Part shown: positions 20,789 through 31,497 of the stretch, piece by piece | How positions within the stretch are numbered: the stretch's first letter is position 1 | Layout: the number at the start of each line of letters is the position of its first letter | NCBI GenBank assembly: GCA_963844035.1 | Contig: CAWJMT010000036.1 | Coordinates: forward strand, 181,534 to 245,533 | Direction: 5' to 3' | From: an uncultured Gemmatimonadales bacterium | Lineage (GTDB): Bacteria; Gemmatimonadota; Gemmatimonadetes; Gemmatimonadales; GWC2-71-9 | Length of the DNA: 64,000 nucleotides | Program-made: the position numbers and the translations under genes | The notes under the pieces: model-generated | What the model was told of the DNA's origin: nothing | The model's database searches: none | Seen by the model: the letters and a program-made list of their open reading frames with translations, nothing else

Positions 20789-21202
20789 ATGAGACGTATG
20801 ACCTTGGGCCTCGGCGTAATGCTGTTGACCGGCGGTGCGGGCATGGCGCAAAGCCAGACGCCCGGGGCGCCGCAGGCGGACCCCCGCGGGACCATCTTTG
20901 TGCAACGCGGGTGCAACGCATGCCACGGGGTGTGGGCGCTAGGGGTGAAGGCGAAGTCCGATGTCGCGCCCGATCTCACCTTTGCGTACGTGGACGTGGT
21001 GAATCGTTACGGCATGAGCCTGGAAGCGTTTCTCCACGACCCGAGCGGCGTGATGCGCCTGATGCTGGCCTCTCACCTTCACTTGTCCCTGGCCGACCGG
21101 GACTCGATTGCCCACGTGCTCGAAGCGATCTACAGGCAGCACCGCGCACAGCTGAATCGGGAGATTCCGCTGATCGCGCCGGACAGGGCTCCTTCCAACT
21201 AG
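20789..21202 (+). CDS. Secreted monoheme cytochrome c
   Basis: Signal peptide; CNACH; downstream Met candidates for the axial ligand. Confidence 0.85.
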   Translation: MRRMTLGLGVMLLTGGAGMAQSQTPGAPQADPRGTIFVQRGCNACHGVWALGVKAKSDVAPDLTFAYVDVVNRYGMSLEAFLHDPSGVMRLMLASHLHLSLADRDSIAHVLEAIYRQHRAQLNREIPLIAPDRAPSN

Positions 21203-21207
21203 GGCCC

Positions 21208-22480
21208 GTGCCCATCCACCTCAACTCCGAGGTCGCGGGCTGGCTGGCCGTCGCGGGGCTTGCCGGCCTCGCCGTGGGCATCGAACGCGAGTGGTCGGGA
21301 CATGCGGCAGGGCCGGCGGCCCGCTTCGCCGGCGCTCGGACCATGCTGCTGCTGGGCCTTCTGGGAGGGGTGGCCGGATGGCTGATCGGTGGCGGCCTGG
21401 TGATCGCCGGCGCGCTCATCGTCGCCGGGGGCGCAGTGCTGACCGTGGCGGCATACGTGATGGCCGCGCGGGCCGGCGGGGACAGTATCGAGGGTACCAC
21501 CGAGGTAGCGGCCCTCCTCGTGCTGGCGCTAGGCGTGGTGGCGGGGCTCGGGTTTCCGCTGCTCACCAGCGCGGTGGCCGCGGTGACGGTGCTTGCCCTG
21601 GTCGAGAAGACGCGCATTCACGCGAGCCGTCGAGCGACTCGGCGAGCGCGAGCTCGCGGCCGCGCTCCAGTTCGCGGTCCTGGCGCTCGTCATCCTGCCG
21701 CTCCTGCCGGCGGGTCCCTACGGTCCGTTCGACAGCATCCGTCCGCGCGCGCTGTGGACTGCCGTGTTGGTGTTCTCGGGGATCAACTTCGCTGGCTACC
21801 TCGCCGGCCGTGCCATTGGGGTGGCGCGCGGTTATAGTCTCACGGGCATTCTCGGCGGCGTCATCTCGAGCACGGCGGTGACTTTGCAGTTCGCGCGCCG
21901 CAGTCGCGACGAGCCGAAGGCGGCCGGAGCGCTTGGCCTGGGCGTGCTGGGGGCATGCACCGTGCTGGTCGTGCGCGTCGGCGTCGTCGCGACGGTGCTC
22001 AGCCCGGTGCTCGGGGCGCGCCTGGTGCCGCGCTTGTTGCCCATACTCGCATTGGGTGCGGCGGCGCTGGCCCTGGCCTTCGCCCGAGTGCGGGTCGATG
22101 GGCCGAAGAAGCCGCCGCGGGAGGACGCCAGCCCGCTGGGATTGTGGGCGGCCCTGAAGATGGTGGCCGCCTTCCAACTGGTCCTGCTCGCGATCCCGTA
22201 TGTCCAGGCTGTGTGGGGCTCAGCGGGGGTGCGGTCTTCGGCGGTGCTGCTGGGCCTCACCGATATGGACGCGTTGACCTTCTCGATGACGAGGCTGGGA
22301 ACCGACCCGGACGCGGTCGCGCTGGGTGTGGACGCCATTCTCATCGGCCTGCTCACGAACACGATCTTCAAGCTGGTGCTGGCGCTCATCCTGGGGTCGG
22401 GGGCGTTCCGCCGCGTGGTGGGATCGGGCCTCCTGGCGTTGGGGGCGGCGACCTGCCTGGTACTATTGATCGCGCACTGA
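21208..22480 (+). CDS. MgtC/SapB + DUF4010 membrane protein (frameshift ~21625)
   Basis: VGIEREW, FAGARTM, GTTEVAA, GGVISSTAVT and GLTDMDA motifs. Confidence 0.85.
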
Positions 22481-23263
22481 GGTGCGGGTGTCGGGCGGAG
22501 TCTGGGCTTCCGTCGCCACGTCGAGCCGCCGTACCGGGGCGCCACCGTAGATGGCCGTTCCCTCGAGCCGCCGGTGTTTCGGAACGACGCTGAGTGCGCC
22601 GACCTGCGTCCCCGCCCCGATCTCCACCCCGATGCCCACCACCGATCCCACGCCGATCGTCACGTTCGGCCCCAGCCGCACGGCGCCCGTCTTCACGATG
22701 CCGCGCTCGACCGTGTGGCCCGAGAGGTGGACCCCGTGGCCGATCACGACATGGTCGCCGAAGTCGAGCTGGTTGTCGTCCACCACGGCCAGGCTGTTTA
22801 CGTATACGCCTCGTCCCATGTGTGCGCCGTTCAACCGGTGGTACACCGTCCATACCGGCGTTCCGCGAAACAGCGCTCCGGCGCACAGTCGAACGACGTG
22901 GGTGGAGGCCAAATAGCGGGCCCAGCGGAGCAGCGGCCAGTCGAGATCGGCTATCTTCATCTCGGCGTCAGCAGGCGTGCGCCAACCGAGGACGCGGGTC
23001 GCCGCGGCGGAGAGAGCCATCAGCGTCAACGCGAACGCGACGTAGGCAGGCGCGACCGTCATCGACCGCAGTACCAAGCACAGCCACGGTGGGCCCGGCA
23101 CCCAGCTCGAGCCCCAATGCATCACGAGCACGCCGGCAATGACCGCCAGGCCGAACACGCTGGCCTCGACGAGCAGCAGGGAAACCGCAGCCCACGCGAC
23201 ACGCCCCGCCTTTGCGGCGCGCGGCCCGAAGATGCCGGTGCTGAGCCGAGCGGTTGGGGTCAT
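22463..23263 (-). CDS. Membrane protein with hexapeptide (left-handed beta-helix) acyltransferase-like domain
   Basis: Two TM segments then GAHMGRGV, IGHGVHL and IGAGTQVGALSVV repeats. Confidence 0.75.
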   Translation of the reverse strand: MTPTARLSTGIFGPRAAKAGRVAWAAVSLLLVEASVFGLAVIAGVLVMHWGSSWVPGPPWLCLVLRSMTVAPAYVAFALTLMALSAAATRVLGWRTPADAEMKIADLDWPLLRWARYLASTHVVRLCAGALFRGTPVWTVYHRLNGAHMGRGVYVNSLAVVDDNQLDFGDHVVIGHGVHLSGHTVERGIVKTGAVRLGPNVTIGVGSVVGIGVEIGAGTQVGALSVVPKHRRLEGTAIYGGAPVRRLDVATEAQTPPDTRTSVRDQ

Positions 23264-23298
23264 ACGGACAGAATACCGGCCGCTTCCCATGCGGTGCG

Positions 23299-23315
23299 AT
23301 GAAGAGTGTCTGAAG
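23299..23315 (-). promoter_or_regulatory. CTTCA direct-repeat pair
   Basis: Minus strand CTTCAG-N5-CTTCAT upstream of 23263; -10 spacing does not match exactly. Confidence 0.45.
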
Positions 23316-23353
23316 ATCCCCACGCATTGTCCCGGGCGTGGGTGGCGCGCGTT

Positions 23354-24142
23354 ATGATACCGGGGGTGGACCAGTCCTACGATCCAGGCATCGAGCTCTC
23401 CGGCGAAGGCCCGCCGCTCGTCCTCGTCCCGGGGATGGACGGCACCGGGCGGCTGTTCTACCGCCAGGTGCCCCTCCTCGCACGCCGTTATCGCGTGGCG
23501 ACGTACCGCCTGCGGGACGACGCTTCAAGCATGGCCGTCCTGGTGGATGACCTCGCTGCAGTGATCCGGGCGGCCTCCCCGAGCGGAGCCCCGGCGGTCG
23601 TGATGGGTGAGTCCTTCGGGGGGACAGTGGCGATGAGTGTGGCGCTGTCCCGACCGGAGCTCGTTGCGGCCCTCGTCGTGCTGAACTCATTCCCGTACTT
23701 CGTGCCGCGCCGGCGCCTGCGGCTCGGGATCTTCGTGCTGCGAGCGATTCCGTTTCCGTGGCAGGTGATGAGTCTGGTGCGGCGGGTGACCGCGTTCCGC
23801 CTGCACTCGAGGCACACGCATTCTGCGGAGATCCGGCGGTTCCTCGAGCTGACGGCGGACACCACCCGCCCGGGCTACCTCGGGCGGTTACGCATTCTTC
23901 TCGAGTACGATGTGCGCGACCGGCTGGCGGAAATTCGGGCGCCGACGCTGTTTCTCGCGGCCGAGCACGACCACCTCGTGCCGTCCGTGCAACAGGCCCA
24001 CGACATGACGGCGCTCGTGCCTGGCGCCACCCTCCGCGTGTTGGCCGGCCACGGCCACATTTGTCTCATTGCGCCCGACATCGATCTCGCGACCATTCTG
24101 GCGCGGTGGGGCCCACCCGCTGGCAACCAGGGGAATCCATGA
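23354..24142 (+). CDS. Alpha/beta hydrolase
   Basis: PGMDG oxyanion loop, GESFGG nucleophile elbow, D and H of the triad. Confidence 0.85.
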   Translation: MIPGVDQSYDPGIELSGEGPPLVLVPGMDGTGRLFYRQVPLLARRYRVATYRLRDDASSMAVLVDDLAAVIRAASPSGAPAVVMGESFGGTVAMSVALSRPELVAALVVLNSFPYFVPRRRLRLGIFVLRAIPFPWQVMSLVRRVTAFRLHSRHTHSAEIRRFLELTADTTRPGYLGRLRILLEYDVRDRLAEIRAPTLFLAAEHDHLVPSVQQAHDMTALVPGATLRVLAGHGHICLIAPDIDLATILARWGPPAGNQGNP

Positions 24143-24387
24143 ATCAGCGTCTCCACAAGCATCTCACGGACCTGCACAGCGAGCTGCTCGCTGCCCGATC
24201 CGTCACACCCAAGGATCGGGAACTGCTGCAGCAACTCGCGGCTGATATTCGCGCGATCGTCGAGGGGAAACCTGCTCCATTGCGGCAGCGCCTGGCCGAG
24301 GGCGTGAAGGCATTTGAGGCGTCGCACCCGCAGCTCAGCAAGACGCTGGCCAACGTGATCGACACCCTCGCGCTCTACAACCTTTAG
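24139..24387 (+). CDS. DUF4404-like small protein
   Basis: FEASHPQLSKTLANVIDTLA C-terminal motif. Confidence 0.7.
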   Translation: MNQRLHKHLTDLHSELLAARSVTPKDRELLQQLAADIRAIVEGKPAPLRQRLAEGVKAFEASHPQLSKTLANVIDTLALYNL

Positions 24388-24388
24388 G

Positions 24389-24920
24389 TCAGCGTTCGCG
24401 CACGACCATCCAGCGCCCGGTTTCTCCGGTTGGGTTGGGACCCGGATGCGTGACGAATGTGCCGGCGATCGTGTCGCCCGACAACCGCCCCTCGAACGTC
24501 GTGAGCAGCCGGTCCCCCGTCTCCGGGTCCGCGTACGGCGTCATCATGCCGGTCACCTTGCTGCCCTCGACCGCGATGAACTTGACGGTGAGCCGTGCTG
24601 GAGTTGTGCTCGACCGCAGGTCGGGCGCGAGCGCGGGGTCGGGCGCGAGCGCGGGGTCGGGCCACGGCTCGAGCGGCTGTCCGAAGCCCGCCGGGATCAT
24701 CATGATCACGCCCGACGCCGAGTCGCCCTCGCTCGTGATCCGTGAGGTCGATGGTGCCGGAGCGGCCCGTGAGGGGACTGGCGTACTCGCCCGACCAATG
24801 TCCGGCCAGCGCGGGCGCGCCGTGCGTCGGTCCGCTGACTGGAACGATGGGTTCGGGTGCTCTGCAGGCACCCAGTGCGGCCGCCAGGCCGAGAGCAACG
24901 AGAGGAGCGCGTCGAGTCAT
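24389..24920 (-). CDS. Putative lipoprotein (frameshift ~24742)
   Basis: Lipobox LGAC; LAGHWSGEY; 18-bp tandem duplication encoding PDPALA twice. Confidence 0.65.
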
Positions 24921-24942
24921 ACCCCACCTCCGGGTTGAGTAC

Positions 24943-25036
24943 AGTGTCGCTCGACCCGCTTGAAGGTGGGATGAAGATGGTTGGAACTCCCCCTCCGGAT
25001 GGCTTCAGCGAGTCTTCATTGCCCAGGGGTGACTGT
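24943..25036. promoter_or_regulatory. Symmetric bidirectional CTTCA-box promoter
   Basis: TTGAAG-N5-ATGAAG-N5-TGGAAC-N4-CCTCCG-N5-CTTCAG-N5-CTTCAT, with GACACT (minus) and GACTGT (plus) each 11 nt outside the array. Confidence 0.8.
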
Positions 25037-25081
25037 TGGGTGGCACGAAGATGTGGGCCCAACCGTCGAGAGGAGACCGCG

Positions 25082-26038
25082 ATGTCACCGAAGCCCATCG
25101 TCGTCGGCGTGGACGATTCCCTCGAATCGCGGCGCGCCCTGGCCTTTGCCTGGAAGATCGCTGATGCCGCGCACGCGGAGCTCATTGTCGTCCACGCCGT
25201 CCCCGATCTCTGGCTCGCGACGGGTCTCAATGAGACCCCGGTGGTCTTGCCCGAGGTTCAGGAAGCATTGACGCGCGCCTCGCGCGCTCAGATCGAGCGT
25301 GTGGTGGGCGAGGTGTTGCCACACGCCGCCAAGCGCCGTCTCGAGGTACTTGCCGGCCCGGCGGCGTTTGCCGTCGCCGACGTGGCGCGCCAGCGGCGCG
25401 CGGAGCTCGTGGTCCTCGGAGGAAAGCATCACACGGCGCTGGCACGCGGGCTGGGGCGGAGCACCGCACGCTACTTGGTGCGGACCCTGGATATCCCCGT
25501 GCTCGTCGTGGGCCCTGCAACGGGCCGTGCCACACGCGTGCTGGCGGCGGTCGATCTCTCCGACGCGGCGATCCCGACGATCAAGGCGGGCGAGCGGTAC
25601 GCCAAGCTGCTGGGAGGGAAGCTGCGCATCGTGCACGTCGTCGAGCCGCTGCACCTGATGCTCATGCCGGTCGACGCGCTCGACCAGGAGGCATACGAAC
25701 GCTACGCCCGCCAGGCATTCGAACGCCTGACCGCCGCGCTCCCCGCCACGGTGCTGGAGGATCAGGTTGTCCGCACCGGACCGGCGGTCGAGACGATCGT
25801 GGCGGAGGCGGCCGCATGGCACGCGGACGTACTGGTCGTCGGATCGCACGGCAAGGGGTGGGTCGATCGCTTGCTGATCGGGAGCACTACGGAGCACCTG
25901 CTGAACGCCCTGCCCGCATCGGTGCTCGTCATCCCGACAGCGGGGGCCGCGAAACAGGGGAGGGGTGCACGGCCGCCAAGGCAGACAACTGCGCGCACGC
26001 GCAGGGCGAAGGCCACTCCGAAGCGCACCCGACGTTGA
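25082..26038 (+). CDS. Tandem-domain universal stress protein
   Basis: PIVVGVDDS and VVGSHGKGWVDRLLIGSTTE. Confidence 0.92.
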   Translation: MSPKPIVVGVDDSLESRRALAFAWKIADAAHAELIVVHAVPDLWLATGLNETPVVLPEVQEALTRASRAQIERVVGEVLPHAAKRRLEVLAGPAAFAVADVARQRRAELVVLGGKHHTALARGLGRSTARYLVRTLDIPVLVVGPATGRATRVLAAVDLSDAAIPTIKAGERYAKLLGGKLRIVHVVEPLHLMLMPVDALDQEAYERYARQAFERLTAALPATVLEDQVVRTGPAVETIVAEAAAWHADVLVVGSHGKGWVDRLLIGSTTEHLLNALPASVLVIPTAGAAKQGRGARPPRQTTARTRRAKATPKRTRR

Positions 26039-26041
26039 CGC

Positions 26042-26794
26042 ATGACGTTCGGACGCGCCCTGGTATCCCCGCGACCTGCGAGCACCGAGCCGGAGGTGGT
26101 GTTCCAGGCCCGGCAGATCTCGAAGCTCTACCGGATGGGCGACGTCGAAGTGCACGCATTGCGCGCGGTCGATCTCGAGCTGTTCCGGGGCGAGTTCGTG
26201 GTCATCCTGGGACCTTCCGGAAGCGGCAAGTCCACGCTCTTGAACATCCTCGGGGGGTTGGACGTCCCGACGAGCGGAACGGTGCGGTTCTTCGACCACA
26301 CCCTGACGGGCGCGAGCGATCGTGAGTTGACGCGCTTCCGGCGCGAGCACGTCGGCTTCGTCTTTCAATTTTACAATCTCATTCCCAGCCTCACCGCGCG
26401 CGAGAACGTCGCGCTCGTGACTGAAATCGCCGAACGTCCCATGGATCCGGCCGCGGCCCTCGGATTGGTGGGACTCGAGCAACGCCTCGATCACTTTCCG
26501 GCGCAGTTGTCAGGGGGCGAACAGCAGCGTGTGGCGATCGCACGGGCGGTCGCGAAACAGCCCGATGCGCTCCTGTGCGATGAGCCCACTGGGGCACTCG
26601 ACTTTGAGACGGGCAAGGTCGTGCTCGAAGTGCTGGAGCGGGTGAATCGGGAACTCGGCACCACCACGGCGATCATCACCCACAATGCCGGCATCGCGGC
26701 GATGGCCGACCGCGTGATCCGGCTGCGGAGCGGCCAGATCGCGGACATCCACCGCAATGAGCGGCGCGCCAGCCCCGGAGAGCTGTCGTGGTAG
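26042..26794 (+). CDS. ABC transporter ATP-binding protein (LolD/MacB type)
   Basis: [17 protein letters not shown] and DEPTG. Confidence 0.93.
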   Translation: MTFGRALVSPRPASTEPEVVFQARQISKLYRMGDVEVHALRAVDLELFRGEFVVILGPSGSGKSTLLNILGGLDVPTSGTVRFFDHTLTGASDRELTRFRREHVGFVFQFYNLIPSLTARENVALVTEIAERPMDPAAALGLVGLEQRLDHFPAQLSGGEQQRVAIARAVAKQPDALLCDEPTGALDFETGKVVLEVLERVNRELGTTTAIITHNAGIAAMADRVIRLRSGQIADIHRNERRASPGELSW

Positions 26795-29164
26795 CCCGCC
26801 TTGCGGTGCTCGACCGCAAGCTGCTGCGGGACGTGTGGCACCTGCGCGGCCAGGTGGCGGCGATCGGCGTCGTCGTGGCGTGCGGAGTGGCGACGGTCGT
26901 GACCACGCGAACCTCCTACAACTCGCTCATCGTGTCGCGGGCTGCGTATTACGACGGGTATCGGTTCGCGGACGTGTTCGCGCATGTGAACCGGGCTCCC
27001 GAGACGCTGCGTCCGCGGCTGCTCGAGATTCCGGGCGTGGCGGCGGCCGAGACGCGTCTCGTGACGCAGGTGACGCTCGATGTCCCCGGGCTTCCGGAGC
27101 CCGCGACGGGTCAGCTCGTATCGATCCCCGAACGCCGCCGGCCGATTCTCAACGACCTGCATCTGCGGCGGGGACGCTGGCCCGAGCCGGGGCGCGGCAA
27201 CGAAGTGCTCGTGAGCGAGGCGTTCGCTCAGGCGAACCGACTCGGAATTGGCGGCACCCTCGAGGCCGTCATCAACGGTCGGTGGCAGCGCCTCCGGGTC
27301 GTGGGCGTGGCGCTCTCCCCCGAGTATGTGTACGAGATCGCGGCGGGCGGGCTGCTCCCGGACAACAAGCGCTTCGGCATCCTGTGGATGAGCCGTGAAA
27401 TGCTCGGTCCGGCGCTCGATATGGTGGGGGCGTTCAACGACGTGTCCTTGACGCTCACTCCGGGCGCGGTCGAGGCCGATGTGATCGCTCGGGTGGACCG
27501 GCTGCTCGAGCAGTACGGCGGGCTGGGTGCGTACGGTCGGAGCGACCAAGCGTCCGCACGGTTCCTGTCGGACGAAATCGCCCAGAACCGGGTTTCGGGT
27601 ACGGTCATTCCGGCGATCTTCCTCGGGATTGCCGCCTTCCTCTTGAACGTGGTGCTCGGGCGCCTCGTCACCACCGAGCGCGAGCAGATCGGCGTACTCA
27701 AGGCCTTCGGGTACACCGACTGGGCCGTGGGGTGGCACTACCTGAAGCTCGGGCTTGTGGCGCTGCTGTTCGGCTGCGCGCTGGGAATCGCGCTGGGGCT
27801 CTGGTTTGCATCGCGAACGGTCGCGCTATACGCAGAGTACTATCGCTTTCCGGTTTTCCTGTTTCGCTTCGATTGGGTGGCCGTCGGGCTTGCGGTGCTT
27901 GTAACGCTCGTCGCGGCGCTGGCGGGTGCCGTAGGCGCGGTGCGCCGCGTGGTGGCGCTCTCTCCCGCCACGGCGATGCTGGCCGAGCCCCCGACTCATT
28001 TTCGTGCCGGCGTGCTCGAGCGCCTCGGGCTGCATCGTTGGCTCTCGCCTCCGGGGCGCATCGCCATGCGCAACCTGGAGCGCCGCCCGCTCAAGGCGGC
28101 TTTTTCGGCTCTCGGGATCGCCCTTGCGGTGGCCATCCTCCTTGTGGGCCGCTTCTTCGTGGACGCGATCGCCATGATCGCCGAGGTGCAGTTCCGTCAC
28201 GTCCAGCGGGAGAACCTCATGGTGGTGTTCAATGCCCCGGCTTCGGCGGCGGCGCGCTACGACCTGACACGGCTCCCTGGCGTGCTGCGCTCCGAGCCGT
28301 TCCGGATGGCACCCGTCCGGCTGCGGGCCGGACATTACAGCCGCCGAACGGCGCTGCTGGGCCTCGAGGAGACGGGGGAGCTGCGGCAGCTGGTTGGGCG
28401 TCGGCTGGTCCCAACAACGCTGCCTCCACAGGGTGTGCTGCTCACTACCAAGCTGGGCGAGGTCCTCCACGTGTCGCCGGGCGATACCGTCACTGTCGAG
28501 GTATTGGAGGGCGAGCGGCAGGAGCGGCGGGTTGCGGTCGCAGGGTTCGTGGACGAACTGCTGGGCTTGTCGGCCTACATGGAGCAACACGCGTTGAATC
28601 GGCTGCTGTCCGAAGGGAACACCCTGTCGGGAGCCTTCCTGCGCGTGGACCCGTTCGCCGCCCCGGCGCTGTACGGGCGGCTGAAGCGGCTCCCGGCGAT
28701 CGCCGGGGTCTCGAGCCGCGACGCGGCGCTCCAGAGCTTCGAGGAGTCCCTCGCTGAGAGCATCGGCCTCATTACCGCGATTCTGGTCGGGTTCGCGGGC
28801 GCGCTGGCAGTTGCCATCGTTTACAATGCGGCCCGCATCGCGTTGTCCGAGCGTGCCCGCGAGCTTGCGAGCCTGCGGGTGCTCGGCTTCACGCGGGGCG
28901 AGATCGCCGGCATGTTGTTCGGGGAGCAGGGTGTACTCATCGCAACCGGCGTTGCGGCGGGGCTCCTGCTTGGATACCAGCTGTGCGGCGTCCTCTGCCG
29001 GCCTGTACCAGTGGGAGCTGTTCCGGATCCCACTGGTGCTGAGCCCGCAGACGTACGTCTTCGCCGTCGCCGTGGTCGTCGCGGCGGCGATCGGCACGGC
29101 CCTCGTCGTCCGCCGGCGGATCAATCGACTGGACCTCGTGGCGGTCCTCAAGACCCGGGAGTGA
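26788..29164 (+). CDS. ABC transporter permease, duplicated MacB/FtsX domains (frameshift ~28997)
   Basis: [12 protein letters not shown] and [14 protein letters not shown]; true end [11 protein letters not shown] is in a second frame. Confidence 0.88.
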
Positions 29165-29172
29165 CTGGGACG

Positions 29173-30354
29173 ATGACTATGTCTCCCAAACGCATCGCAC
29201 TCGCCGCGGCGGCCGTCATCGTAATCGTGGGTGCGATCCTGTTCCTGAGGCCGGCCCCGGTTGCGGTCGAGGTGGCCCGCCCGGTGCGTGGGCCGATGCA
29301 GCTGACCATCGACGAGGAGGGGCAGACCCGCGTGCGCGACCGCTACGTGGTGGCGGCGCCGGTCGGCGGCCGGGTTGCGCGCATCACCCTCCGGGAGGGC
29401 GATGCGGTGACGCCGGCGACCGTCGTGGCCCGGATGTTCGCGGCACCGCTCGATTCCCGCGCCCGGGAAGCGGGAGCCGCGCGCGTCCACCAGGCGGAGG
29501 ATTCCCGGAGCGCGGCGGCCGCCGCGGTCGCGCAGGCGCGCGCCGCACTCGAGCAAGCGCGACGCACCCACGAGCGCTCGGAGCAGCTCGCCGCCGAGAA
29601 CCTGATCGCGCCCGAGGAGCGCGAACGGGCCGAGCTCGACGAGACCACGCGTGCCCGCGAGCTCGAGGCGGCCGACTTCCGGGCGCAAGCCGCGGCACAC
29701 GATGTGGAAGTCGCCCGTGCCGCGCTCCTCGGGAACGGGAACGCGATCGTGCTGCGGTCGCCGCTTTCGGGCAAAGTGCTGCGCGTCCCGGATCCGAGTG
29801 AGCGCGTGGTCCCCCCGGGGACTGCCCTGGTGGAGATCGGCGATCCCTCGAAGCTCGAGGTTGTCGCCGACCTGCTGTCCAGCGATGCGGTGCAGGTCAA
29901 GCCCGGTGACCTCGTGATGTTCGAGGGCTGGGGCGGCGGGCCCCTGCGCGGACGGTTGCGGGTGATCGAGCCCTCGGGATTCACCAAAGTCTCGGCCCTG
30001 GGCGTCGAGGAACAACGGGTGAACGTCGTCGCCGACTTCGAGGATACGGTTCCCTCTCTGGGCGACCGCTATCGAGTCGAGGCGAGGATCGTTGTGTGGG
30101 AGGGGGCGAACGTCCTCAAGGTCCCCGGAAGCGCCCTGTTTCGGACCGGCGACGGCTGGAGCGTGTTCGTGGTTCAGGGGGGGCGGGCCCGGCGGCGGGA
30201 CGTCACGGTCGGACACCGCGGTGCGTTCGAGACGGAGATCGAATCGGGCATCGCGGAGGGGCAGGTCGTGATTCGCGATCCGACCGACCGGATCGCTGAC
30301 GGAGTGCGAGTTGCCGTGAAGCAATCAACCAAGGAGGACGGCCATGTTCCGTAG
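29173..30354 (+). CDS. Efflux membrane-fusion (periplasmic adaptor) protein
   Basis: N-terminal TM, VAAPVGGRV, coiled coil and FTKVSALGVEEQRV. Confidence 0.88.
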   Translation: MTMSPKRIALAAAAVIVIVGAILFLRPAPVAVEVARPVRGPMQLTIDEEGQTRVRDRYVVAAPVGGRVARITLREGDAVTPATVVARMFAAPLDSRAREAGAARVHQAEDSRSAAAAAVAQARAALEQARRTHERSEQLAAENLIAPEERERAELDETTRARELEAADFRAQAAAHDVEVARAALLGNGNAIVLRSPLSGKVLRVPDPSERVVPPGTALVEIGDPSKLEVVADLLSSDAVQVKPGDLVMFEGWGGGPLRGRLRVIEPSGFTKVSALGVEEQRVNVVADFEDTVPSLGDRYRVEARIVVWEGANVLKVPGSALFRTGDGWSVFVVQGGRARRRDVTVGHRGAFETEIESGIAEGQVVIRDPTDRIADGVRVAVKQSTKEDGHVP

Positions 30355-30365
30355 CATCACAGGGA

Positions 30366-30396
30366 GGCCGGGAACCGTCGTCTGAGGTTCCCGGCC
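30366..30396. terminator. Hairpin between convergent genes
   Basis: GGCCGGGAACC-N9-GGTTCCCGGCC, 11-bp stem; no U-tract. Confidence 0.5.
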
Positions 30397-30403
30397 GGGC
30401 GCG

Positions 30404-30583
30404 TCACCCTTCCCGCATGTCCTCCACCTCGAATTTCAACTTCCCTACCTCGGCGCGCAGGTTGTCGAGCTCGGCGGTGTGCTGCGTCAGCGCCTTCATA
30501 TGCTCCGCAAGCTCTGCCATGCGCCGTTCGATCGCCTCCAGGCGCCGCTCGAGCCGTGTGGCGGTGTCGGTCCGGGTGCCCAT
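30404..30583 (-). CDS. 59-aa coiled-coil protein (not in the ORF track)
   Basis: GGAGG RBS; MGTRTDTATRLERRLEAIERRMAELAEHMKALTQHTAELDNLRAEVGKLKFEVEDMREG*. Confidence 0.7.
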   Translation of the reverse strand: MGTRTDTATRLERRLEAIERRMAELAEHMKALTQHTAELDNLRAEVGKLKFEVEDMREG

Positions 30584-30625
30584 AGATCCTCCACGGTTGC
30601 CTTCGTTTCGATTCGCTGGTGCTCT

Positions 30626-30761
30626 ACAGTTACCCGGACGGCCGTGATGGTGTGATGAGGCGCAGATGAGGCCTTCATGAACCTGGGCCGGCCACCGACC
30701 GCCAACATGACGGGGTTCTCAGGTCCACTTCAGCGTGGCGTCACGCGCCAGGCACGACCTT
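30626..30761. promoter_or_regulatory. Two back-to-back CTTCA-box arrays
   Basis: GTGATG/ATGAGG/ATGAGG/ATGAAC at 30644/30655/30666/30677 (minus-facing); ATGACG-N4-TCTCAG-N5-CTTCAG-N5-CGTCAC-N11-GACCTT (plus). Confidence 0.7.
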
Positions 30762-30787
30762 GCGGTAACGAACACCAGGGGGGCGAT

Positions 30788-31480
30788 ATGGGTTTCAACC
30801 GGACGCCGTACATGTACGACCACCTGTCGGAGCCGGTGGTCATTCCCGCAGGCGACGTGCGGCTCGCGGGAACGCTGACCCTTCCGCCGTCTCCTGAGGG
30901 CGTCGTGTTGTTCGCGCATGGGAGCGACAGCTCACGGTTCAGTCCCCGCAATCAATTCGTCGCGAACGCGCTCGTGGGGATGAACGTCGGGTCGCTGCTG
31001 TTCGACCTTCTGACGGAACACGAGGCGCGGAGCCGGTCCAATGTCTTTGACATCCCGCTGCTGGCAGACCGGTTGCGGCACGCCACCCGCTGGGTGGCGT
31101 CCTACCCCGCGAGCGCGGATCTGCAGATCGGGTATTTCGGCGCCAGCACCGGAGCCGCCGCGGCGCTCGCAGCCGCCGCACAGGAACCCGCGATCGGCGC
31201 TGTGGTGTCGCGCGGCGGACGGCCCGATCTCGCCGACAAGCTGCTGCCGCATGTGCACGCACCCACGCTGCTGATCGTGGGCGGCAACGACGCACCGGTG
31301 CTCGACCTGAACCGGGCGGCGTTGGCACGCCTGGGTGGCGTCAAGAAGCTCGTCGTCGTGCCAGGGGCGACGCACCTCTTCGAGGAGCCCGGCGCGCTCG
31401 AGGCGGTGGCCCGCCTCGCGGGTGACTGGTTCGCCCAGCATCTCGGCGCCGCCGCGACGGCGCGACAGGGTTCACGATGA
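30788..31480 (+). CDS. Dienelactone hydrolase-like protein (like the Rv0571c C-domain)
   Basis: FAHGSDSSRFSPRN, GYFGASTG, SRGGRPDLA and ATHLFEEPG. Confidence 0.85.
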   Translation: MGFNRTPYMYDHLSEPVVIPAGDVRLAGTLTLPPSPEGVVLFAHGSDSSRFSPRNQFVANALVGMNVGSLLFDLLTEHEARSRSNVFDIPLLADRLRHATRWVASYPASADLQIGYFGASTGAAAALAAAAQEPAIGAVVSRGGRPDLADKLLPHVHAPTLLIVGGNDAPVLDLNRAALARLGGVKKLVVVPGATHLFEEPGALEAVARLAGDWFAQHLGAAATARQGSR

Positions 31481-31497
31481 CTCACAACGGAGGAGCT

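Noticed and set aside
24620..24661. 18-bp tandem repeat as CRISPR or regulatory repeat
   Set aside because: In-frame coding duplication (PDPALA) with no spacers
26788..30354. 1188-aa permease-adaptor fusion
   Set aside because: The true permease end lies in another frame with a stop at 29164
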